This document shows, piece by piece, positions 39,648 through 52,531 of a stretch of DNA of 64,000 bases (position 1 is the first letter of the stretch; every line of letters begins with the position of its first letter). The stretch lies in the NCBI GenBank assembly GCA_021613535.1, contig CP075493.1:12710001-12774000 (forward strand), given 5' to 3'. The notes under the pieces were generated by a model. That model made no database searches and was not told the DNA's origin. It was given only the letters and a program-made list of their open reading frames with translations. This DNA comes from Adineta vaga. Its lineage: Eukaryota; Animalia; Rotifera. A program made the position numbers and the translations under genes.

Positions 39648-41260
39648 TTTAAATTTTATTTTTCACTGAAATGATAATTCTATTCTAGTTATACCTTTTT
39701 ATAGTGAGCAGTAAATAATGAATTGTTTGCTATGCTAATATAAACAAATACAAAATTTTCTACCTTGTAGAGAAACTCCTTGTTAGAAAATTTCTTTTTC
39801 TTTTTATATGAAGAGTCCTCAAAGTAAAAAGTAAAGAAAAAAAGTCATGAAAAGAAATTGTTGCGTAAAAATAACGCCCCATCATGTTTTACTGAAAGAC
39901 ATTTTGTTTTGATACTGTTAACACTGAAGTTTATAATTAAGATGTCTGATTGGTTTAAATTTGAATTTATGTTAAATAACCTGCAAATTTTTCTTATTCA
40001 AGTAAAGTCCAAACAATTGTCAGTAAATCGTACATCTTATACATATTCAACTGTGTATATTGAAACTTTCTATTATAATTCCTTCTTTAATTGATTGACA
40101 ACCATTGATCTCTATGGCAAAATAGATGCAATGACTCTACATAAAAGTGACTAGTTTTCAAGCATATATTTATATTCCTCTGTCCATCGATATTCGTTCA
40201 CGCATTACAAATAGATTTCTCTTTCATTAACAGTCTACTGGAAAACTAATATCACTTTAATGACTTAAGCTTCAATAAATATTATAGTTTGCTGTTCACA
40301 TTTTTCTCCAATAGATATCAAATGTAAAAAGGTTTCTAAGTCATCATGGATTTCATTATAGATTCTGTGTAGTACAATAAACGTTATAATGAATTTCTGA
40401 CATCGTAAAAAGTATTGCTTCTGCACTACAATCTTTAAACAAATCACAGAAACTTTTTGATATACTGAAAGTTTTAACATGAGTAAGCATGCTTTTCTTC
40501 AGAATATAAATCTTCATCTGATATGCATACTTGAAAACCTATTCACAAGGATTCGACTTTCTTATAAATTGGTCATTTTAAAAATGAAATCTTTGTTATT
40601 GTCGAAACACTTAGACAGAGAGAGAAGTTATCTGACAGTCACATTGTTCTGTGACAGAAAAATCTGCATTATGCTAGGGATTGATCAATTCAGTTGAACT
40701 TCAACAAGGCACATCATTGCGAGTTTTACTTATTGATGATAGATATTACTCTCTAACTTAAAAGTGACGTCAAGAACTCTTGTTCTAAGAAATGAAAAAC
40801 AAATTGAAGCGTTAGTATCAATAGTGTACTTAATTGTGGACGAGTACGATGATTAGAGGAATGCGTGCAATCGCTCGTCGAAAGTCGCCTATGAATATAT
40901 ACTTCTTTCGTTATATTTTTTACAATACTTTTATTATAATCTACTGGGCAATATATTCCTCTCATCATTATCATAAACATAAAATAATGAGTGTGAGATA
41001 ATACTGTTAATAAACGAATATTTTATTTAGGTTCAGAAATGCTTTACAGATAAGCTCATACTTAAAAAAAGTTCATGTTACAAACCTTTGACGAAGTTTG
41101 ATGTTTTGTATCGAACGAATTAAGAAAATAGATATGAGTTTGTTTACAGAAATGTTTATTTCATCAGATAAAAAGTTGTGTTCAAACATAGATTTATGTG
41201 TCACGAAATGGATCACACAAAGTTCTGATAGAAAAGTTTTTAGACTTGAAAATATCCTTT

Positions 41261-41711
41261 TTATATCCATCGATATTTGATAATAAGAACAAGAAGAGTA
41301 AGACCAATAGGAAAGGATGCACGATAATTGCTCAGTGCTCCATTGCAATAATTTGTGTAACAACAATAGGTACCATAACCTCCTACACTAGCAGCCACAC
41401 ATGAAGCTGATGATGTATAACCACCGCGACTTGTGAATGATCCAGCTGCAGTAGTTTTCTATATACAGAATATACAAAAAAAATGCAATCAGAAAATATT
41501 CACTTACAAAGCAAACTACTTGACTAGAACTTGTTGATGATACACCTGAACCCGTTGCACTAAACGGATCACATCCTGATGATCCACCGGAGCATTGATA
41601 GCACGTGATACTAGCATAGACAGGCAGCATAACTGAAAACAAAATGTTTTTCATCCCTTATGATAAACCATTTAACTTACTGAGGAAGCAAATTGCAGTA
41701 AACGAGTTCAT
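41261..41711 (-). CDS. Three-finger (Ly6/LU) GPI-anchored protein B, 8-Cys type (3 exons)
   Basis: ITCYQCSGGSSGCDPF...QVVCF|KTTAAGSFTSRGGY...SCV...YCCYTNYCNG; same intron phases as A. Confidence 0.88.
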
Positions 41712-42259
41712 TTTAAATTTTATTTTTTACTCAAATGACAATTCTGTTCTAGTCACCCCAATATATAGTATATGCGCACCTTCCTAGAAAAACTCTGTTT
41801 GCTAACGTATTCATTGTTCTTTCAACGTTAAAAGACCTTAAAACAAGAAAGAAGGAAAAGAAAATTATGAAAAGATCTTTTTGTTATTTCATACTTATTG
41901 AACAATATTATATTTAAATCGCAAAAAGTATTTTTCTATTGTCAACACGGAAACTGATTCAGACGTCTAATTGAATATAAGACTGAGTAACACTGAATCT
42001 AAACCTTGTATAAATCTATCAAGGCCATGAGGGTGAGCGAGATTGATTGAAAACAAGATAATGGCACCCACACACACGTCAACGTCTCCTGATTCCTGCA
42101 AATTGGCCTTATAACGAAGAAGGATTTATTCTTTTCAAGAAAAATAAATGAAAAAATCCATATATTAGCGTATGATAAAGAATAAAAAGAGTGAATGGAA
42201 ACATAAACAGAGAAGCTATCGAACAAAACCAATAGCTCTTCGAGTTGAAAAGATCTTTT

Positions 42260-42718
42260 TTAAATCCATCGATGTTTACTAATAATAAGTGTCAGAAGAG
42301 TAACAATAATAAGGAATGGTTCACGATAGTTGCTCAGTGCACCATTACAATAATTTGTATAACAACAATAAGTACCATATCTTCCGGTACTAGTAATAGT
42401 AGCTACACACGAAGATGATATAAGATAACCACCACGGCTTGTAGAACCTGCAGCTGATGTAATTCTCTATGTAGAATACAGAAAATAATAGTTAATATGA
42501 AAATGTCTACTCACATAGCAAACTGCTTGACCGGAAGTTGTTGATGATACACCTGTACCTCCTACTTGAAATGGATCGCATCCTGACGATCCACTAGAGC
42601 ATCGATAGCACGTGATACTAATGGAAACAGGTAGCAAAACTGGCAACAAAATGTCCTTGATCATTCAAAATAAATCATTGAACTTACCGAGGAAGTAAAT
42701 CACAATCCACGAATTCAT
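42260..42718 (-). CDS. Three-finger (Ly6/LU) GPI-anchored protein C, 8-Cys type (3 exons)
   Basis: ITCYRCSSGSSGCDPF...QAVCY|RITSAAGSTSRGGY...SCV...YCCYTNYCNG. Confidence 0.88.
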
Positions 42719-43329
42719 TTTAAATTTTCTTTTTTACTCAAATGACAATTCTGTTGTAGCCATACCATTTTATAATGCGCGGTGACTATAAAAGTATTCT
42801 TTGCTTTGCATATAAAAAAATAAAAGATTCAAACAATTCTTCTTTTGATGTCGCAAATCTCTGAAATGAAAAAGAGAGAATAATTGCTACGAAACTATCC
42901 TGTCTCATAAAATCCATCAGTCACTGTTTATATTAAAACCAAAGACGTCATTTGATGACGTCTATGTTTGAATGTAAAAAAAGAAAAAGAAAGTGTCAAT
43001 CGAAGAATTGAAAGCGAAAACATGCAGAGACATGCGTACTTTTCAGTCACTCTTTATGTAAACATTTCGTCGATTACACATTAATGAGATTATTTTATGT
43101 ATTAAATCTAAAAATTTGAAAAAAAACATCTCTTATTCATAGCATGTAAATATTTCGGATTCAGTTCCATTCCAATTTCGTTTTAATATGGAGCACTAAC
43201 AATCATGTCCTGAATAGCATAGACAGGTGAGAGTAGATAAGAGTTTCTTCTCTTAGATCATCATGACAATCACCTCAGAAAATTTTTCGAATAAAAAAAC
43301 AAAGTTTTGCATTCAGTAATTTCAATGAC

Positions 43330-43482
43330 CTTGAATATCGTTCGAATCATTGCATTGTTAATAAATAATTCACATTTAATGATATTAATGGATATTTTCC
43401 ATATTTACTAATTATGATCTGATGCATTTCTAAAACATTCAGAAATCAGATTCTTGAAAAAAATCTTTGACTTTTCAGCAAA
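43330..43482 (+). repeat. Diverged dispersed repeat (second copy at ~51223-51365)
   Basis: Shared blocks AATATCGTTCGAAT.ATTGCATTGT..ATAAATAATTC, TATTTT.CATA.TTA...TGATCT, TTTTCAGCAA. Confidence 0.5.
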
Positions 43483-44007
43483 TTAAACGTATGTAATATT
43501 TAGCAACAAAAAAAAAGGAAGTATAGGTTTTTTTCCGGAATAAATATATTCATATCTTTGATGTTATTCTCTTCATGATAAATGATTAACTATAGAGGAA
43601 AAAACGATTGGGTTAGTCAAATAATTTCATTGAATGATAAAATTTAAAAGAAATTAAAATCATGTTTTGTATGTGTTTTACTATAGTGAATATGAAGCAC
43701 AGACTTTCTTTCAAACTCATTTTATTGAATAAATAAAGGATGTATAATTATTTATTCTATTCTAATGTGTTTATTTGTAATTACTAATAAAATATTCGAA
43801 CAGATGGACATCGACATTTGTTTTTATATCCAAAATCTAAAGAAGAAACTTCATAAATCTGTTGAACGTCAGCAAAAAAAAATTTTATTTCTATCAAAAC
43901 GGAACAAACGAATTTGTTCATGACAAAATGCTTTTAACAGATTGACGTCAAAGAGAATGTATCTATTCATATAAATGCGCAGTATTTTATTCTATACAAG
44001 AAGAAAC

Positions 44008-47000
44008 ATGTTTCATATGAAATATTTCTTATATTTCATCTTTCTATATTCTATTAAAGCTGTACCTCAACTTAATCTTCATTTTACCGATCAGATAAGC
44101 GTCAATCAATATGATGAGATAGGTCTGCGATACAATTGTTTACGTCTTGCTACAAATATTAAACTCGGAAGTCTCACTCGGGACATCGCATCATTTTGTA
44201 TGAGTGAATCATCATCAAAATTCCCTATGAAGATTGATAATGATTCGTTGAAAAGATTTTCTTTTGGTGACCTTGCAAAAATGAATATTACAAGTGAAGA
44301 ATTGTATCTATGGTCAATATCAATTGATACGACTGAACAATATCAATACTATTTAGAATCGAATGATTCATCTTTAACAAAACAAATCGTTTACAATTGT
44401 ACATTACCAAGATTTGGTTCCATGTGTCAATATCAATTATATTATTATCATGAAAATTATACAACATTATACGAAATAATTCATGGTTATTATCGAAGTT
44501 ATCCAAAGCACCTAAATAATTTGACTTGTTATACTCATTTGAAATGTCATCGTGGTTATTCATCAGCATGTTTAGATTGGACAGAAATTTGCGATGGCAA
44601 AGTTGATTGTCTTAATGGAAATTATGATGAAGAACATTGTTGGCAACTTGAATTAAATGAGTGTGAACTTAATGAATATCAGTGTACTATTGGACAATGT
44701 ATACCGAATGAGTTTGTGCAAGATACGTCAGGAACATATGATTGTCTTGATAGATCTGATGAAAAAGCAAGACGTAACGATAGAACTGGCGACTTTCGCA
44801 TAATTGAACCAGTGTTTGGATTGGAAGATGCAAGATGTGAAACGACATTTTTAACAAGTAGTTGTATACAGCAACGTTCATATCAAATCGTCGAATCGAT
44901 GTTTTCCAGGAAAGATGATTCTGTATCAGATAAATGTTGGTTTGCTTTTAAATGTTTTTTTGCTTTTTCCAATTCAGAATATCCCCAAATAACTTCTCAT
45001 ACTATCATGAAAAAGTGTATACCTGCCATAAGAAACGAATGTCCATATGCGCTATACGTACCCAATATTCCATCTTTTTTGGGTCATGTTTATACTGCAT
45101 ACAAGATTGATAATGGATCGTTTACAAACAATCTTCTCTTATATTACTTATGTTCAAACAAATCGTTTCATCATGGATCACTCAAACTAGTTTCACATAT
45201 GTTATTGAACAATACAAAATGTTTTGTTTCTCTTCTACCTACGAGTCTCGAGGGGTCCAATATTCCCAAGTCAGAACGTCGATATACCAAGGTTATGAAT
45301 AATATTTTCCATCAAATAAAAAATTTCAATCCAATAATTAGTTTTCTTTCGAATCAATGCAATGCATCCAATCTATATCAATGTATCAATTCATCGAAAT
45401 GTATTGGATTTCATCGTTTAATCGATGGTGAATCTGATTGTCCTTATCATGATGATGAAGATATATCCGAAAACAATAATCCTCAATTATTTGATCGATT
45501 GAAAGACAGATATTACTATTGTTATTACAAAAAGAAATATATTCCCAAAGCATTGGTTACAGATGAGAAATGTGATTGTGGCTATAATAATGAGGTTTTT
45601 TGCGAAGATGAACATGAATACGAAAATTTTACTCGACGAACAATATCATTCCAAACAATGTGTGATCGCTTCAGAGATGTATATCCAATAACAATTGATG
45701 AACAAAATCAAACGGATGAAACTGAATGTGAACAATGGGAATGTGATAATGTATATACTCGTTGTGATGGAATATGGAATTGTTGGGATGGACAAGATGA
45801 AATGGGTTGTAAGATACTATCATCGATATTTAATTGTACTTCAAATACTCGAATATGTGTTACATTAAATACATCTCAATTGACATGTCTACCATTCGAC
45901 AAAATCAATGATGGTCATGTCGATTGTCTTGGTGGTACTGATGAACCAAAACTATGTATACTTCAACAGGAATACTTAGGAAGGTTCTATTGTATGAACA
46001 GCCATACACGAAAATGTGCCACTTATAATGATTTGTGCGATAATAAGATACATTGTCCATATGGAGATGATGAACAATTTTGTCGTAAAAATCGATCAAT
46101 CTCAATTTTCAGTAGTATTTGTCAATTGAACTATTTAGTATTGGGTACAGATGTTGAAAAGTTTTTCTGTGAGTTTTTGAAAATAGAATCTAGACCAACG
46201 AAAAAATATTTTAGAATAAATGGTTTCAATCAATCGTGGCAAAATGAAGTGAATGAAAATGAACTAATTAATATAATCACTATAGGTGATTCTAATCCAA
46301 TTCCACTACTCGATGAACCTCGTTGTCATCGTGGTCTTGATTTATACGTTTGGTCAAATCAATCATCGAATTCGCATACAAGCACATGTCTTTGTCCACC
46401 AGGTTACTATGGTAATCAATGTCAATATCAAAATGAACGTTTAAGTTTAGCCATACGATTTCATACTTTAACTGAATCATGGCGAATTCCTTTCGCAATA
46501 TTAATTTTACTAATTGATAACACAAATCAACGAATCATTCATTCATATGAACAATTTACTTATCTACCTCTACGAGATTGTAAAATTAAATTTAATCTTC
46601 ATTTATTTTATGCAACTCGACCAAAAGATATGAATCGAACATATTCAATACATATTGATGTTTACGAGAAACTTTCTCTCAAATATCGAGGAAGTTTCCT
46701 GTATCCGGTGAATTTTTTATTTTTACCAGTTCATCGTTTGGCATATTTTGTAAATATTCCACCATTGAGCCATAGCCAACAACACATTTGTTCAGATCAC
46801 CAATGTCAACATGGAAGATGCATAAAATATTTTAATAAACAAGAAATATTTTGTCAATGTGATCAAGGTTGGTCTGGACAATACTGTCATAGTCAACATC
46901 ATTGTATTTGTTCAGTAAATTCTTTATGCATTGGTATGTTAAGTGATAATCGATCAATCTGTGTATGTCCAACAAATCAATTTGGTCCTCGATGTTATCT

Positions 47001-48774
47001 TCATAATCGAATATGTGAACAAAATCCATGTCGAAATAATGGTTCATGTATTCCACATGATGATTTTATGTTATCATATGGAAAAGAATATATTTGTATA
47101 TGTCCAAAAGGCTTTAGTGGAAGTAACTGTGAATTATTTGATAATCAACTTGATATCATATTTGATAAAGATATGGTTTTATCTTATTCAGTTTTTGTTC
47201 ATTTTATAAGAATTGTTCCGTTTGACGAATTTATTCCTCAAATACCCAAAACATCACCGCAAAAATCGACAACTTTACAGACAATATCTCAAGCAACCAA
47301 TTCGATCAGAATATTTTGGTCACAACCATACCATTTAGTTTTTATTGAAACATTAGAGAAGATTTATTATCTAACTATTGTTCAACCAAATTACCATCCC
47401 TCCACAAAAATAACTAAAAGAATCGATTCATCACATCGTTGTCCACCGATCAGTGAATTAACGAATAGAACATTTGCACAATTACATGTTCTTCGTCGGA
47501 TGAAATCGTATTATTCAATTTGTCAACAATACTCTCCTCATCTTTTATGTTTTCATGACGATCTACATCTTTGCATATGTTATGATTTTGACAAGAAACG
47601 TTTAGCCAATTGTTTCAATTTTGATCATGAAATGAAATTTGATTGTTTTGGACGGAGTGGATGTGAAAATGATGGTCAATGTTTTCAAGATTCACCTGAA
47701 TGTCCAAGACGATTTATTTGTGCCTGTCGTTCGTGTTATTACGGAAGTCGATGTCAATTTAGTACAAGTGAATTTGGTTTATCACTTGATGCAATTTTAG
47801 CTTATCATATTATTCCAAATGTTAATTTATTTTCTCAAACAACAATTGTCAAAATAAGTTTATTCTTAACAATTCTCTTTGTGATAATTGGAACGATCAA
47901 TGGTATTCTTTCATTAATTACATTTCAAAATCAAAGTGTACGTGAAGTTGGTTGTGGAATCTATTTATTTAGTTCTTCATGGATGACATTATTAACAACG
48001 ATTGTCTTTGGATTGAAATATTTCATTTTTCTTTCAACACAAATGTCAATAATATCGAATCAAACATTTCTAAAAGTTCAATGTATGTCACTTGATTTTC
48101 TTCTTCGAATCTGTCTCAATATGGATCAATGGTTAAATACATGTGTTGCAATGGAAAGAGCAACAACAGTCATTCAAGGTGCACAATTTAATAGAAACAA
48201 GAGTAAAATATTAGCGAAAAAAGTTCTAATTATTCTATTGATTCTGATTATTTCTACATCAATTCATGATCCAATCTATCGACGTTTATTTGAAGAAGAA
48301 AATGAAAATGATGATACGAAAAGAATCTGGTGTATTGTAACTTATTCGTCAAATTTACAAATTTACAATCGAACTGTTAATACATTTCATTTCTTTGTTC
48401 CATTTCTCATTAATCTCATTTCATCAATTATTTTGATCACAAAAAAATCTCATCAACGATCTAATCTTCATATAAATCGACCTTTTAAAGATGTTTTACG
48501 CAAGCAATTTCGAGAACATCAACATTTATTAATTGCACCTGTTGTTTTATTTATTCTTGCATTACCACGTTTAATTCTTTCCTATTTATCAAAATGTATG
48601 AATTCAACAAAAGATGCATGGTTATTTCTTTGTGGATACTTCATCTCATTTATTCCCTCAATGATCATATTTATTATTTTTATTCTACCATCTGATTTCT
48701 ATACGAAAGAATTTCGAAAATCGATGAAACGCTATCGAAATCTGTTTCGACAACGTATTAGTCCTATATTATAA
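44008..48774 (+). CDS. Giant intronless GPCR with LDLa and EGF-like ectodomain repeats
   Basis: Signal peptide; LDLa (CLDWTEICDGKVDC...DEEHC, CDGIWNCWDGQDE); EGF (CLCPPGYYGNQC, CQCDQGWSGQYC, CICPKGFSGSNC); 7TM with VGCGIYL and CVAMERA. The ORF track starts at 43975; 44008 is the more likely start. Confidence 0.93.
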   Translation: MFHMKYFLYFIFLYSIKAVPQLNLHFTDQISVNQYDEIGLRYNCLRLATNIKLGSLTRDIASFCMSESSSKFPMKIDNDSLKRFSFGDLAKMNITSEELYLWSISIDTTEQYQYYLESNDSSLTKQIVYNCTLPRFGSMCQYQLYYYHENYTTLYEIIHGYYRSYPKHLNNLTCYTHLKCHRGYSSACLDWTEICDGKVDCLNGNYDEEHCWQLELNECELNEYQCTIGQCIPNEFVQDTSGTYDCLDRSDEKARRNDRTGDFRIIEPVFGLEDARCETTFLTSSCIQQRSYQIVESMFSRKDDSVSDKCWFAFKCFFAFSNSEYPQITSHTIMKKCIPAIRNECPYALYVPNIPSFLGHVYTAYKIDNGSFTNNLLLYYLCSNKSFHHGSLKLVSHMLLNNTKCFVSLLPTSLEGSNIPKSERRYTKVMNNIFHQIKNFNPIISFLSNQCNASNLYQCINSSKCIGFHRLIDGESDCPYHDDEDISENNNPQLFDRLKDRYYYCYYKKKYIPKALVTDEKCDCGYNNEVFCEDEHEYENFTRRTISFQTMCDRFRDVYPITIDEQNQTDETECEQWECDNVYTRCDGIWNCWDGQDEMGCKILSSIFNCTSNTRICVTLNTSQLTCLPFDKINDGHVDCLGGTDEPKLCILQQEYLGRFYCMNSHTRKCATYNDLCDNKIHCPYGDDEQFCRKNRSISIFSSICQLNYLVLGTDVEKFFCEFLKIESRPTKKYFRINGFNQSWQNEVNENELINIITIGDSNPIPLLDEPRCHRGLDLYVWSNQSSNSHTSTCLCPPGYYGNQCQYQNERLSLAIRFHTLTESWRIPFAILILLIDNTNQRIIHSYEQFTYLPLRDCKIKFNLHLFYATRPKDMNRTYSIHIDVYEKLSLKYRGSFLYPVNFLFLPVHRLAYFVNIPPLSHSQQHICSDHQCQHGRCIKYFNKQEIFCQCDQGWSGQYCHSQHHCICSVNSLCIGMLSDNRSICVCPTNQFGPRCYLHNRICEQNPCRNNGSCIPHDDFMLSYGKEYICICPKGFSGSNCELFDNQLDIIFDKDMVLSYSVFVHFIRIVPFDEFIPQIPKTSPQKSTTLQTISQATNSIRIFWSQPYHLVFIETLEKIYYLTIVQPNYHPSTKITKRIDSSHRCPPISELTNRTFAQLHVLRRMKSYYSICQQYSPHLLCFHDDLHLCICYDFDKKRLANCFNFDHEMKFDCFGRSGCENDGQCFQDSPECPRRFICACRSCYYGSRCQFSTSEFGLSLDAILAYHIIPNVNLFSQTTIVKISLFLTILFVIIGTINGILSLITFQNQSVREVGCGIYLFSSSWMTLLTTIVFGLKYFIFLSTQMSIISNQTFLKVQCMSLDFLLRICLNMDQWLNTCVAMERATTVIQGAQFNRNKSKILAKKVLIILLILIISTSIHDPIYRRLFEEENENDDTKRIWCIVTYSSNLQIYNRTVNTFHFFVPFLINLISSIILITKKSHQRSNLHINRPFKDVLRKQFREHQHLLIAPVVLFILALPRLILSYLSKCMNSTKDAWLFLCGYFISFIPSMIIFIIFILPSDFYTKEFRKSMKRYRNLFRQRISPIL

Positions 48775-49244
48775 AGGTATAAAAAGCGGAAGAAAGATTG
48801 AAATCTATGTTCATTTACTGATTTGTTTTCGTGCAAATGATTTGAATAAATATTAGATATAAGTTTACTATTTTTAATTGATTTAATGAGAATACTTGAA
48901 AAAAAACAAGAATCGTTATATTTTATTCGTTGAAGAAATGAGAGAACCATAGCAGAAAGTTCATTCTCAGTAAATGGAATATCAATTCTAACAAAAGCTT
49001 GCTTAAAATTGTAAAAATTACTATGCAAAATAAGAATTCTGCTAAAAGCCGTGGTACCCTCGATGGTTTTAGCACAGTTGCACAAAGATCTTCCGAGAAA
49101 AATAGTAATTTAAACTTTACTGAGAATCATTTATTTTCATTATCAACAGTATCGTGATGAATGCTTTAGCTGTTTCAATCTCATTCAAGCATACTGCTCC
49201 TAATATTTTCACACTTAAATCCGCTAATTCAGATTTCAGAAATA

Positions 49245-50201
49245 AATATTCATCTCTCAAAGAAGGTCCTTTCGATTTGAGTTAAATATGTCAAAATGTA
49301 CTTTGACCACCTTCTGGGAATATTTCATGTATTCCTCAGATAGTATGAAAACTATATGATTTGTTTCAAAATCATGATTACATGAAAATTTCAACATCGA
49401 AACACTGTTTACTAATTCATACATATTGTCTTTTTTCGTTCGGTTACTATTTGCTCACTCTGTCTTATCCTTTTTCAAATCGACTGTCACAAGTTAATGT
49501 GTGGACATACATTGAAAGTAAATATATATGTTTCATTATGCATTACTTTTTCTTCTCATTCCCCTGCATTATTTCTTTTCTTCGCGAGGTAAACAGAAAG
49601 AAATGTTATTTTTCGATTCATAGAATTGTTTTGAAATTGGAGCACAAGGAGAATGTATAAACATACGATGATTGCAAGAAAAAAATTCATTTCTCACAAC
49701 TAAAATCAGTCTTCTGTCTGCCTTTTTAAATCGAAATACAAAATGAATTTTGGTGGTATAAGTGTTCTTCTTCTTCTAAGTACGTAGGATCTATTTTATA
49801 TCGCAAACTGATGTCTCTCTTTTTCTCAAAGGTTTTATACCTGTTGCTTCATCGTTATCTTGCTTTTATTGTTATTATGGAGGTAATTGTGGTGATCCTT
49901 TTATTATGACAAGCTCATCATTGGCTAGCGGAGTGTCTGTTACGAGCGGTTGTACTTCCTGCGTGGTAGGTCACTTGCTATTAGTTGTGTTTCTCGATCT
50001 ATTCTTGAAATTTTTTTTAATGCAAAAATAGAAAGCAGCGTACTCTTTCTCAATAACTCGATATTGCGGCTCGTGTCCAGGTGAGACTCCTTTTGTTAAT
50101 GGATCGGGAGTCGCTTGTTGTTCGGATCGAGATTATTGCAATGGTGCATCGACTTTTCAAAATATTTCAATTATACAACTATGCTTAACAGCTTTAGTAC
50201 T
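49245..50201 (+). repeat. Segmental duplication unit 1 (~960 bp; unit 2 at 51563-52531)
   Basis: Near-identical from AATATTCATCTCTCAAAGAAGGTCC through the Ly6 gene; offset ~2318 bp. Confidence 0.95.
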
Positions 50202-50229
50202 TGTTGATCTTAAATCTATCTATGCTTAA
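49743..50229 (+). CDS. Three-finger (Ly6/LU) GPI-anchored protein D, 10-Cys type (3 exons)
   Basis: MNFGGISVLLLLSFIPVASSLSCFYCYYGGNCGDPF...GCTSCV|KAAYSFSITRYCGSCPGETPFVNGSGVACCSDRDYCNG + hydrophobic tail. Confidence 0.9.
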
Positions 50230-51562
50230 ATTTGTTCTCAGCAACTAATCACAGTTACAGAACAAACTGTTTTTGGAGTGTTGAATATTTTCTATTTATG
50301 TTATTATATCACGTTTTTCTTCAAAATGAAAGCTGTGGTGACTTTTTCAATATTTAACTATTTTTTACCGAATACATGTAAGCTCGAATTTTTTTCATTT
50401 GAGAATGTAAACAATAAATTACGTTACGAAGAACAAAGCCAACCAAGTTTTTTTATGTGGAAAATGGATCGAGTTTCGTAAAAGCTGATTTAATAAGTCA
50501 TTTTAATATCATTTAAATGTGTTCTTACATAAAGTTTATTTACTGATCACTCGTCTTTTAGGTAAAAATTGCGATGTTAAGAAGAGTCGACTGTGAACAA
50601 TTCAAAGCTCGTTGACTCTTAGAAGCCGAAAGGGTCTCAGTAAAGTAAACGAATGAATAAGTATAGGAACAGAGTATTTAAGATGTAAACATATCTACAC
50701 TATAGTTGAAATTTATAGTGGCAGCATAGATCAACAAATCATTCAAAAACATATATGGTAGATTTTTTAAGACACGAGTTATTGTAAGTCATACTTATTT
50801 TATGATAAATCGTGCCCTGTGTCATAACGCTGTGACTTCAAAATTTTTTGTTCCAAAGAATGAAAATAAAGTTCAAGTGTTAAAATTAATAATGCAGTTA
50901 ATTGTGAGGAGTAGCATGATGAAAGAAATGCATTACTGTTAATTATCGTAAACCCTTCTCATAAAAGAAGCCTATCCCATATTAGAGGTCGATAACTAGA
51001 CGAAAGTTATCGTAGAGTATATAATTCTGACTAATGATGTCCTACGTCCTAAAGCGTAAGCAAACAAAGCTTTGGAGATGGATTGACCGACATTTCCGCA
51101 CACGACATTTCGACGCACTTCATATCCATGAGAAATAGTAGCTGACAAAGTCCGTATTTTCACTCTTCTCGTCATTCTCAAGCTCCTCCACACTCGGTCT
51201 TGCCTTCACTAAGCTAACTGAACTTCAATATCGTTCGAATTATTGCATTGTGATAAATAATTCGAGTTTCATTTCTCTATTGGTTTTCAATACTATTCAC
51301 GGGTATTTTTCATACTTATACTATTTGATCTTGTGTATTTCGAAAAGCTGTCATTTTTCAGCAACAGAAGAGAATAATTTCTATTCCGTGATCTTGAAAA
51401 TTGCCGAATCAGTTCTCACCAGTCCCAGAAATGGCATCATTTCTCCAATAACCGAATACATCTGGTACCGACAGATTTCAGTTCGATTTCAAAATTCCGT
51501 CATGGAATCCCGTCCTCTCCTCTCACCCTCACTTACTGCCCATAAATTCAGATTCAACAATG

Positions 51563-52531
51563 AATATTCATCTCTCAAAGAAGGTCCTTTCGATTTGAGT
51601 TAAATATGTCAAAATGTACTTTGACCACCTTCTGGGAATATTTCATGTATTCCTCAGATAGTATGAAAACTATATGATTTGTTTCAAAATCATGATCACA
51701 TGAAAATTTCAACATCGAAACACTGTTTACTAATTCATACACATTGTCTTTTTTCGTTCGGTTACTATTTGCACACTCTGTCTTATCCTTTTTCAAATCG
51801 ATTGTCACAAGTTAATGTGTGGACATACATTGAAAGTAAATATATATGTTTCATTATGCAATACTTTTCTTCTCAGTCTCCTGCAACATTTCTTCTTTTT
51901 TTCGCGAGGTAAACCGAAAGAAATGTTATTTTTTCGATTCATAGAATTGTTTTGAAATTGGCGCACAAGGAGAATGTATAAACATACGACGATTGCAAGA
52001 AAAAAATTCATTTCTCACAACTAAAATCACAGTCTTCTGTCTGCCTTTTTAAATCGAAATACAAAATGAATTTTGTTGGCATGAGTGTTCTTCTTCTTCT
52101 AAGTACGTAGGATCTATTTTATATCGCAAACTGATGTCTCTCTTTTTCTCAAAGGTTTTATACCTGTTGCTTCATCATTAGCTTGCTTTTCTTGTTGGAC
52201 AGGATGGGGAACTTATTGTGGTGATCCTTTTATTATGACAAGCTCATCGTTGGGCAGTGGAGTTTTTGTTACGACCGGCTGTTCTTATTCCTGTGTGGTA
52301 GGTCACTTGCTATTAGTTGTATTTCTCGATCTGTTTTCGAACTTCTTCATTTGTAATATAGAAATCAGTCTCCAATTTTGTAGTATATCGCTATTGTGGC
52401 TCGTGTCCAGGTGAGACTCCTTTTGTTAATGGATCGGGAGTCGCTTGTTGTTCGGATCGAGATTATTGCAATGGTGCATCGACTTTTCAAAATATTTCAA
52501 TTATCCAACTATGCTTAATAACTTTAGTACT
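51563..52531 (+). repeat. Segmental duplication unit 2
   Basis: Direct copy of 49245-50201. Confidence 0.95.

Noticed and set aside
44288-47209. Numerous 60-100 aa antisense or off-frame ORFs within long genes (also at 2860-4395, 19410-20189, 56249-56554 and 63237-63673)
   Set aside because: Shadow ORFs of real coding sequence with no independent evidence.
49361-49660. Duplicated ORFs 49361-49660 and 51679-51912
   Set aside because: Non-ATG starts, no motifs, and indels between copies change the frame; this is duplicated upstream DNA of Ly6 genes D and E.
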